Source of the DNA: a virus
Taxonomy: Duplodnaviria; Heunggongvirae; Uroviricota; Caudoviricetes
DNA: 27,481 nt
Virus record (IMG/VR): IMGVR_UViG_3300028965_000054
Span: 1 to 27,481 of that record
Direction: 5' to 3' (one strand)
The notes beneath the pieces were generated by a model. It did no database searches. It was not told the DNA's origin and saw only the letters and a program-made list of their open reading frames with translations. This document shows, piece by piece, positions 1 through 6,511 of this stretch. A program made the position numbers and the translations under genes. The stretch's first letter is position 1. Each line of letters opens with the position of its first letter.

Positions 1-1005
1 TTAATCCCCCGTGGACACTGCGTGGACACTTACGCCTCCTTTCAGCGGATTAAGGGCCACCGCATCCTGCAGGTAATCCGGTGCAAAATGTGCATATGCC
101 ATTGTTTGCTGAATGGTTGCGTGGCCAAGAATCTTCTGAAGCGCAATAATGTTTCCTCCGTTCATCACAAAATGGCTGGCGAACGTATGCCGAAGCACGT
201 GTGCAGCCTGGCCTTTTGGCAAATCGGGCTTAACTCTTTTCAGCGCCAGACAGAATTCCCGGTACTTCACCTCAAACAAGCTCCCTGTTTCTCTGGTTCT
301 GATCGCCTCACAAACCGCCTGCGAAATTGGCACCGTTCTCTTCCGGCCATTTTTGGTTTCAAGAAACGTTACACGGTTATGAACTATCTGTTCACCACGA
401 AGCTTACAAGCTTCACTCCAGCGCGCCCCTGTGCTTAAACACAAAAGCGCAACACGCCAGTAGTCGCCCTCCAGTGTATCGAGCAATAGCGCTACTTCCT
501 TCTGGGACAGGAAAGCCATCTCTCGTGGGGATACATAAAGAATAGAAATCCCCCTTACCGGATGCTCTGCATCCCAGAGGCCTATTTTCTTCAGTACGGT
601 AAACATTCCGGATAACCGATTCATGTATCTGTTAGCAGATGACGGTTTCAATCCATCAGCTATCTTTTGAGAACGCCACGCGATAATTTTCAGCTTATCA
701 AGATCCACAGCCTGCATATCAGCGCCAAGCTCATTGATTATGTTGCGCAGTTGTTTTCGGTCTTCTTCCGCCTTACGCCTGTGCTGGCCGTGATACATCC
801 ACCACAACTCAAGCAAATCATTTAGCGTTCGACGATCACGGTAGCCCTGTATATATTCCCGCTTTTCAGCGTTCGCCATGATGTAGCGTTCAGTGGCCAC
901 CGCTACCGATTTTTTGTCAAATACCTTACGCACGCGCTTTCCCTTGCGTCCGTTCGGCCTGATGTCCAGCAAATAACGACCATCTTCGAGCTTCTTAATC
1001 GACAT
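1..1005 (-). CDS. int: Tyrosine site-specific integrase (P2 Int-like)
   Basis: 334 aa from ATG at 1005..1003 (track ORF starts at an upstream TTG); GGAGGG RBS upstream. C-terminal catalytic region HVLRHTFASHFVMNGGNIIALQKILGHATIQQTMAYAHF is typical of phage integrases (R/H-x-x-R box and Tyr nucleophile). Stop codon is at window bases 1-3. Confidence 0.92.
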   Translation of the reverse strand: MSIKKLEDGRYLLDIRPNGRKGKRVRKVFDKKSVAVATERYIMANAEKREYIQGYRDRRTLNDLLELWWMYHGQHRRKAEEDRKQLRNIINELGADMQAVDLDKLKIIAWRSQKIADGLKPSSANRYMNRLSGMFTVLKKIGLWDAEHPVRGISILYVSPREMAFLSQKEVALLLDTLEGDYWRVALLCLSTGARWSEACKLRGEQIVHNRVTFLETKNGRKRTVPISQAVCEAIRTRETGSLFEVKYREFCLALKRVKPDLPKGQAAHVLRHTFASHFVMNGGNIIALQKILGHATIQQTMAYAHFAPDYLQDAVALNPLKGGVSVHAVSTGD

Positions 1006-1101
1006 TGCGAAGCCCTCCAATGAACCGCTCTACAATTTCTCCAGCCTCTTTCCAGCAATAATCAGACCAGACAAAAAGCAGGTCTAACCAGTTTTCTGGC
1101 C

Positions 1102-1689
1102 TCAGCGGGGTAATTTTTGTTTTGTTTCGGTTGAACTCTGATCGCCCTCCAAACTGGAGAAGCCATCAAGAGAGAGAGGCGGAGCAATCTGCCCCGTCGC
1201 AGCATTAGTTTGATTAAACATTACCCAATCCGAATACTTCCGAAAACGGGGATGATTCAAAATCAGGAGTAGCGTTTCTCCAGGTATCATTCTTCCCAAT
1301 ATTTCATAATTTTTGAGATTGTTTTGAGATACCCCTGTCACCTCTTCCATCGCTCTACGCGACAATCCCTCTGCCTCTCGAATCAGGCGGAGTTTTTCTC
1401 CAAGCTCAGATACCACTTCAGATCCACTACCAGCCAATGGCGTGGGTTCAATTTGCCCATTATCTGGAGACACTTGCCCCGTCATAAGCCAAAGCGCGTA
1501 TTTTTTGAACCTATCAACCTGTAAAACTCGCTCAACCAACTCTGCTCTAGCAGGCTGATGACCTGTTTCATATTTCTGAATAGTATTAAGTGGAATCCCT
1601 GTAATATCAGAGAATTGACGTCTGCTTAACTCTTCCGCCTCCCTCATTCTCATGAGTCTTTGCGAATAGTCTATTGACACGTTTCTCAT
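1102..1689 (-). CDS. Immunity repressor with two tandem HTH (XRE-like) domains
   Basis: 195 aa from ATG 1689..1687 preceded by AAGGAG; track ORF begins at upstream TTG. Two repeats of an HTH-like unit (LSRRQFSDITGIPLNTIQKYETG and LSRRAMEEVTGVSQNNLKNYEILG). Position and orientation match P2 C / 186 cI slot next to int, divergent from cox. Confidence 0.75.
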   Translation of the reverse strand: MRNVSIDYSQRLMRMREAEELSRRQFSDITGIPLNTIQKYETGHQPARAELVERVLQVDRFKKYALWLMTGQVSPDNGQIEPTPLAGSGSEVVSELGEKLRLIREAEGLSRRAMEEVTGVSQNNLKNYEILGRMIPGETLLLILNHPRFRKYSDWVMFNQTNAATGQIAPPLSLDGFSSLEGDQSSTETKQKLPR

Positions 1690-1740
1690 GTGAGAAATAT
1701 ACTCCTTTCTAAATTGAGAAATGCAAGAACAACTCAAATA

Positions 1741-1780
1741 GCCAAAATAAGCCTATATAAGCCATTTTGGGCCATTTGGA
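1741..1780. promoter_or_regulatory. Early promoter/operator region: four GCC-phased decamers, TATATA -10 candidate, direct repeat GCCATTT(T)GG
   Basis: GCCAAAATAA GCCTATATAA GCCATTTTGG GCCATTTGGA at 1741, 1751, 1761, 1771 (exact 10-bp phasing). TATATA at 1754-1759. Lies between divergent repressor and cox, where P2 C operators flank the Pe -10. Confidence 0.5.
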
Positions 1781-1801
1781 CGAATTAAGGAGATTACCAC
1801 A

Positions 1802-2089
1802 ATGAGCAAATCAGAGCTTGAGGGGTTCATTCAGGTAGCACCATATCCACTTGAAGCGGTGCCATATCAACTATTTGCCAAGATGATTGGTCGCAAAGAA
1901 TCAACCGTCAGAACCATGATTGACGCTGCAAAGTTACCAACGATTGACTTCGTGAAACCAGGTTCAGTGAAGACGCGAGCATCAGAAAACTGGGTATATC
2001 TGCCAGCATTTAACGCAGGTATGCGCAAAGCGTTTTTTGATCAGCCGAAAGAACGCCGCGACGCATGGTTGCTCTGGCTGGGTCTTTGA
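1802..2089 (+). CDS. cox: Cox-like excisionase/transcriptional regulator
   Basis: 95 aa; AAGGAG RBS. From recalled P2 Cox: shared blocks PYQ-FAK-IG, MID--KLP-ID, WVYLPA-N-G, WL-WLGL. First rightward gene after the repressor. Confidence 0.85.
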   Translation: MSKSELEGFIQVAPYPLEAVPYQLFAKMIGRKESTVRTMIDAAKLPTIDFVKPGSVKTRASENWVYLPAFNAGMRKAFFDQPKERRDAWLLWLGL

Positions 2090-2100
2090 CGAGGATTTTT

Positions 2101-2442
2101 ATGAGACAACAACGTAATTCACGCTTTCGCAATGGCGCAGAACGCCATGCTAACCGTTTCGCTACCAGTGCATCACGCAGCAGCTCTCGCTACAGCCTGA
2201 GTGATACACACGCAACGCCGGATGGCTACCCAGTAAAACAAATCGGCGAGCATGCCTGGCTGATTGAGAAAGCTGGAATCGTGGTCCACAAATGCCCACG
2301 CAATCCGCTTACCGGAAACCGCATTTTTGCACTGAGCAGCGGCGACAATCAGTTCGGGCAGGATTTCACATTATACGAAGCACTTCGCACGGTTGATCGT
2401 CTGCTTCGCGGACAAAGTTTTATTAAACAGGTTGATTTATAA
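2101..2442 (+). CDS. Hypothetical early protein
   Basis: 113 aa from ATG 2101 with GAGGA RBS (track ORF 2065..2442 in frame). No recognisable motif. Confidence 0.6.
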   Translation: MRQQRNSRFRNGAERHANRFATSASRSSSRYSLSDTHATPDGYPVKQIGEHAWLIEKAGIVVHKCPRNPLTGNRIFALSSGDNQFGQDFTLYEALRTVDRLLRGQSFIKQVDL

Positions 2443-2452
2443 CAGGTGATTT

Positions 2453-2731
2453 ATGACCAAAGAGTATGCACAAGGTGTATTTATCCGTTTTATTGATTTT
2501 CGCGGTGAACTGTTATTACGTGCATCAGCTATTGATGCTGTAGCCCAGGCAGAAAAAAAAGCAGTTACTCACGTTTATGCGAACAACGCGCAACTGATCG
2601 TGGAGCTTCCGTACCAGACTGTACGTGAAGCCATTAGCGAAGCTGAAAAGGCACGTCAGATTAATAGCGATGAACCATACATCGAAATTATCTGCATGGA
2701 TTCAAAAGCAGAAATCCAGAAGGCAGATTAA
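2453..2731 (+). CDS. Hypothetical early protein
   Basis: 92 aa ORF, 10 nt after previous stop, same strand operon. Confidence 0.6.
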   Translation: MTKEYAQGVFIRFIDFRGELLLRASAIDAVAQAEKKAVTHVYANNAQLIVELPYQTVREAISEAEKARQINSDEPYIEIICMDSKAEIQKAD

Positions 2732-2742
2732 AGGACGTTGCA

Positions 2743-2985
2743 ATGGACCAGGAATACAAAACTCTCGTCAATAAAGCACTTGAGCGCTTTCATTTTCGCA
2801 TAAGCGCATCAGGCACTCATGCTGAGCTCGCAGCCCGAGAGTCATTGACCAGGGCCATCAAGAGTATATACGACACAGCTTTTTACATTGACGACCCGGA
2901 CGCGCTCGACGAGCTTTCCATACTCGTCTGCGCCGCAGAAAACGGGGACCATATTGAGCCATATAAACTGGGGAATATTGCATGA
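2743..2985 (+). CDS. Hypothetical early protein
   Basis: 80 aa ORF; tight spacing in operon. Confidence 0.6.
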   Translation: MDQEYKTLVNKALERFHFRISASGTHAELAARESLTRAIKSIYDTAFYIDDPDALDELSILVCAAENGDHIEPYKLGNIA

Positions 2986-3095
2986 GTATATTTATCTCAT
3001 GGCTTGTTCTGATTATTTCGGTGGCCTGCGCTATTGGGATTATGCGAATTATTCATTCAGTAAAAAAGATTGAACGCTTTTTCACTGGTGAATAA
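2982..3095 (+). CDS. Small hydrophobic membrane peptide (37 aa), translationally coupled
   Basis: ATG 2982 overlaps upstream stop (ATGA). Hand translation MSIFISWLVLIISVACAIGIMRIIHSVKKIERFFTGE: one TM helix then a basic tail. Below the track length cutoff. Confidence 0.4.
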   Translation: MSIFISWLVLIISVACAIGIMRIIHSVKKIERFFTGE

Positions 3096-3188
3096 CGATA
3101 CAAATAAAACATCAAATTAAATAAGAAAACGTGAAAACCATCCGTATTAACGGAGGTATTCGCACACGAAAATAACGGAGATACAAAA

Positions 3189-3599
3189 ATGCACGCAAAA
3201 GAAGAAGGTATCATCAGAGCACTGAAAGAAATTTCAAAGATGGAAAGCGAAGTAGCGAAAAAAGCCGTGGCCAATGCTCACATGGACGTCGCAACCCACA
3301 CAATGATAGTCGCAAAAGTCACGGCAGAAGCTGCCAAAATCATCGAAGAACAGGGTGTGGAACTTGCGCTTCTCAAAACTAAACCAGTCACCGGACTGGA
3401 TTTATCTGACACCGGACGCCTTATTTACACTATTGGCTCGGAGCCACAGCGATACACCATTATCGCCGGATTACAGAACAAATACCTGATCACTCCTCAC
3501 CCCATAAGGGAATCAGCGCTTCTGACAAATCTCCGCCTGATAGAGCGCTCTCAAGTTGCATTCATTGATGACGCCCGACACACCGTATTTAACGCATAG
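3189..3599 (+). CDS. Hypothetical early protein
   Basis: 136 aa ORF preceded by AT-rich spacer and GGAG RBS. Confidence 0.6.
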   Translation: MHAKEEGIIRALKEISKMESEVAKKAVANAHMDVATHTMIVAKVTAEAAKIIEEQGVELALLKTKPVTGLDLSDTGRLIYTIGSEPQRYTIIAGLQNKYLITPHPIRESALLTNLRLIERSQVAFIDDARHTVFNA

Positions 3600-3622
3600 G
3601 GTTACTGGACAAAGGGGGTGCA

Positions 3623-3826
3623 ATGGCAATTAAGCATTTTCCCGTCGTTCGCTTTACCTCCAGAGGGCGCGAATACGAGGTCGACGAACGCCTGATTACC
3701 ACTATCGACAAACATCGTTCGGAAAAGGATGCACACCACATCTACCTCACTGACGGCACTTACTTCTGCGCCACCAACGTGGCGCGGGTGAATCTTATCC
3801 GACAGGTACAGGAGCCACGCAGATGA
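3623..3826 (+). CDS. Hypothetical small protein
   Basis: 67 aa; first gene of a run of six ORFs with 4-nt ATGA overlaps. C-terminal codons lie within duplicated junction module copy 1. Confidence 0.55.
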   Translation: MAIKHFPVVRFTSRGREYEVDERLITTIDKHRSEKDAHHIYLTDGTYFCATNVARVNLIRQVQEPRR

Positions 3827-4089
3827 CCATTCTGGACTACATCGCTACTCATCCGGGTTGTAGCGGCGGAGAGATCGCCGCAGCACTGAATACTCCAACC
3901 ACAGCCATTAATGCTGAGTTACGCCAACTTTGGCGCGGCGGCTTAGTCATCAAAACAAACCGCAGCACAGGTGGTCGCGCTCGCAAAACTGGAGGCCGGG
4001 CTTCTTACCACGTAAACCCGATGCCGTTCGGGTGTGGCAACCCACTAACCCACATGTTTAACCAGCTACTGAAGGAAGCCAGAGCATGA
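3823..4089 (+). CDS. Winged-helix DNA-binding protein (putative transcriptional regulator)
   Basis: 88 aa; ILDYIATHPGCSGGEIAAALNTPTTAINAELRQLWRGGLV resembles a MarR/ArsR-type wHTH. Start overlaps upstream stop. Confidence 0.55.
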   Translation: MTILDYIATHPGCSGGEIAAALNTPTTAINAELRQLWRGGLVIKTNRSTGGRARKTGGRASYHVNPMPFGCGNPLTHMFNQLLKEARA

Positions 4090-4208
4090 GCACCATCAAC
4101 CACCAGGAACCACGCGAACTGACGACTGCCGTACAAAGAATGTCTACCCAAAAATCACTGCCATTCCGTGTGAGCCCTGTCCGACAGGTACAGGAGTCAC
4201 ACGGATGA
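4086..4208 (+). CDS. Small ORF (40 aa), translationally coupled
   Basis: Hand translation MSTINHQEPRELTTAVQRMSTQKSLPFRVSPVRQVQESHG; ATG overlaps upstream TGA and its TGA overlaps the next ATG. C-terminus encoded by duplicated junction module copy 2. Confidence 0.35.
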   Translation: MSTINHQEPRELTTAVQRMSTQKSLPFRVSPVRQVQESHG

Positions 4209-4423
4209 ACAGAAGGAGAATTACACGCAGACATCGCCGCACACGCCTGAGCTCCCCGCCAACACTAAAGGAACTCATTCAAAGCGAGATCGGTGATTTC
4301 TTCGCTGGGTTTGGATCACCTGGCGAACCAGAAACACCAGAAGCGATGCAGCGCGAACTCATGATGCGCATCGATAACGTTTTTGACTTTTTCCTGAATA
4401 ACAAAAGAGAGCAACCGACATGA
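4205..4423 (+). CDS. Hypothetical protein with arginine-rich N-terminus
   Basis: 72 aa; N-terminus MNRRRITRRHRRTRL resembles an arginine-rich nucleic-acid-binding motif. Coupled to flanking genes. Confidence 0.55.
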   Translation: MNRRRITRRHRRTRLSSPPTLKELIQSEIGDFFAGFGSPGEPETPEAMQRELMMRIDNVFDFFLNNKREQPT

Positions 4424-4623
4424 ACGAAAGGACCTGGTTTCGCGCATACATGTGGGCGCTGGTATGCGCCCTCTTTTCTCTCATTCTGTATGCAGGACTA
4501 CTCCCCCGAATGATTTCATCAGACAGCTCCTTCCTGGTATTGCTGGGCATTTTCATTGCCATGCTGTACCCGGCAGGCGTTGTTCGCCTTTTCAGTAAGT
4601 ACATCAAGGAAATCAAACAATGA
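4420..4623 (+). CDS. Small integral membrane protein (two predicted TM helices)
   Basis: 67 aa; two hydrophobic stretches (WALVCALFSLILYAGLL and FLVLLGIFIAMLYPAGVV). Start and stop both overlap neighbours. Confidence 0.6.
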   Translation: MNERTWFRAYMWALVCALFSLILYAGLLPRMISSDSSFLVLLGIFIAMLYPAGVVRLFSKYIKEIKQ

Positions 4624-5450
4624 AGAAATTCAAACTCTTTCAGATTATCCCGCTTTTTGCCGCCATCCTGCTGGTTGGTTGCGATCGCGTTGAACCAGGT
4701 AATGTGGGCATCAAAGTCAACAAACTGGGCGACGATAAAGGCGTCGGTGAAGTGGTTGGCGTTGGCCGCTACTGGACAGGCTGGAATACCGAGGTTTACA
4801 TCTTCCCGACCTTCAAACAAATGAAGACCTACGATGAGCCGTTCAGCTTTCAGATGAGTGACGGCACAACCATCGGCTATCACATCGGTGTGGCCTACAA
4901 GGTTGATCCATCCAAAGTTACCACAGTGTTTCAGACCTACCGCAAAGGCGTGGATGACATTACCGACACTGACCTGCGCCAGAAGATCGCCGATGCACTC
5001 AACCGACTGGCCAGCAAAATGACCACCGATAAGTTTATCGACGGTGGTAAGTCTGAACTGCTGGATTCAGCACTTAAAGATATTCAAGAAGAGATGACCC
5101 CCATCGGCATTCAGGTCATGAGCCTCTCTTATGTCGGTAAACCGGAATATCCGCCAACCGTTATCGACAGCATTAACGCCAAAGTCACGGCAAACCAGAA
5201 AACCCTGCAACGCGAACAGGAAGTCAAGCAACGCGAAGCAGAAGCCAACATGCTGCGCGCAGAAGCTGCCGGACAGGCTGATGCCATTCGCACAAAAGCC
5301 CAGGCTGAAGCCGACGCCATTCGTTTACGCGGTGAAGCTCTGCGCCAGAATCCCGGCGTTATGGAGCTGGAAGCAATCAACAAATGGAACGGCACGCTAC
5401 CGCAATACATGACCAGCAATACCGCTGTTCCGTTTGTTCCGGTGAAGTAA
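4620..5450 (+). CDS. SPFH/band-7 (prohibitin/HflC-like) domain lipoprotein
   Basis: 276 aa; signal peptide with lipobox LVGC (Cys21). Central region followed by Ala/Glu/Arg-rich coiled-coil (QREQEVKQREAEANMLRAEAAGQADAIRTKAQAEADAIRLRGEALRQ) is typical of SPFH architecture. Last gene of coupled operon. Confidence 0.7.
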   Translation: MKKFKLFQIIPLFAAILLVGCDRVEPGNVGIKVNKLGDDKGVGEVVGVGRYWTGWNTEVYIFPTFKQMKTYDEPFSFQMSDGTTIGYHIGVAYKVDPSKVTTVFQTYRKGVDDITDTDLRQKIADALNRLASKMTTDKFIDGGKSELLDSALKDIQEEMTPIGIQVMSLSYVGKPEYPPTVIDSINAKVTANQKTLQREQEVKQREAEANMLRAEAAGQADAIRTKAQAEADAIRLRGEALRQNPGVMELEAINKWNGTLPQYMTSNTAVPFVPVK

Positions 5451-5456
5451 TTAAAC

Positions 5457-5501
5457 CCGGCCAGTGAAAATCGCTGGCCGGAGCAGTATCAGGATTTTTT
5501 T
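5457..5501 (+). terminator. Hairpin then T-run after SPFH gene
   Basis: CCGGCCAG-tgaaaatcg-CTGGCCGG hairpin (5457..5481), T7 run at 5495-5501; the 13-nt gap makes it atypical. Confidence 0.4.
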
Positions 5502-5618
5502 AGCATGCCGTTCTCACAAAAAAACCGCTTGCCATGCCGCAATCAGTCAGGTTACATTTCCGCTGCACCTCATAAAACGGGTGCCGGGTTTCGCAGCCTG
5601 CTGACTAGCAAAGCGCAC

Positions 5619-5639
5619 AACCGCGCCAGCGGTTTTTTT
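5619..5639 (+). terminator. Candidate rho-independent terminator inside the non-coding gap
   Basis: AACCGC-GCCA-GCGGTT stem-loop directly followed by TTTTTTT. Confidence 0.4.
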
Positions 5640-5818
5640 GTGCGTACTGTATTGCCACGTCTTTTTCGCACACGAATTATGGCGGGGCGTACGGGGCCGA
5701 CTTCGGTCGGGCCGGGTTCTTTGCTAGCCGGTACTGCGAACCTCGTACGTCTCGCCACCCACAGTTTCGCAGCTCTGGATGGTGAGTTTTCAAAACTTAC
5801 TAGCAAAGAGGCCACACC

Positions 5819-6049
5819 ATGGCAAACCGCAAACAGCACCGCGCTATCGCGGAGCGTCGTCACATCCAGACTGAAATCGATCGCAGACTCACCCGCGCTG
5901 CACACATCGCCTTTATCATGCAATCCAACACATTGCACAGACTCAACAGCACTATTTCAGCCGACTACTGCGCCGCTGTATTCAGCTATCTGGCGGAAGA
6001 CCTCCTGTCTCTTCAGGATCTCATCCAGCAGCAAAACAAACTCCATTAA
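5819..6049 (+). CDS. Hypothetical small protein upstream of replication genes
   Basis: 76 aa; AAAGAGG RBS 7 nt before ATG. Confidence 0.55.
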   Translation: MANRKQHRAIAERRHIQTEIDRRLTRAAHIAFIMQSNTLHRLNSTISADYCAAVFSYLAEDLLSLQDLIQQQNKLH

Positions 6050-6121
6050 TTCCTGTTCCGGGCCTTTCCTGCACCTTGCGGCGGGAGGCCTTCGCACATC
6101 TGTAGTAAAGAGAATTGCAGC

Positions 6122-6511
6122 ATGATTGACCGTCACGACTTCGTAAAATGGGTGCGCACACAGGACACCCGTCTGGCCCCAAAACTTCAGGCAATGTTTG
6201 ATTTTTATCTCCGTGCCCGCGCCAGCCGGGCACGCACCACAAAACCGGAGAACGCAGACACCCTTTATTTCACCGTGGACGACTGTTACCGCGTAGCTTT
6301 CACGCCACAAGGTCTGGCCCTGTACACCCTGACACCACACGGCGACTCCCTGCTGGCGTATTACAACTCCCCGGCCTCCGTATTTGCGGCAATGCTGGCG
6401 CATCGTACCGCTGGCGGGTGTGCCTCGCTGAGTGAATACACCACTGAATTTAACCGCCTTTCCGTCATCTTCTCGCAGGAGTGGCAGCGCGTGACGGGAT
6501 ACCAGCCATGA
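6122..6511 (+). CDS. Hypothetical protein, translationally coupled to gpA-like gene
   Basis: 129 aa; stop overlaps the gpA ATG (ATGA at 6508-6511). Confidence 0.6.
   Translation: MIDRHDFVKWVRTQDTRLAPKLQAMFDFYLRARASRARTTKPENADTLYFTVDDCYRVAFTPQGLALYTLTPHGDSLLAYYNSPASVFAAMLAHRTAGGCASLSEYTTEFNRLSVIFSQEWQRVTGYQP

Noticed and set aside
1-30. attL core at the left edge
   Set aside because: The window begins exactly at the integrase stop codon, so the attachment site and host flank are outside the window.
5681-5761. tRNA-like stretch with a 7-bp acceptor-like stem (GGCGGGG / TCTCGCC) followed by ACCCA
   Set aside because: No T-arm with a TTC loop, no D-arm or anticodon arm can be drawn, and the 3' end is not N-CCA. 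Better explained as hairpins of a structured non-coding region.
5505-6125. 206-aa plus-strand track ORF spanning the non-coding gap
   Set aside because: Ser/Thr/Ala/Arg-rich low-complexity translation with no RBS; it runs through hairpins and terminators and overlaps the better-supported 76-aa ORF in another frame. Treated as non-coding.
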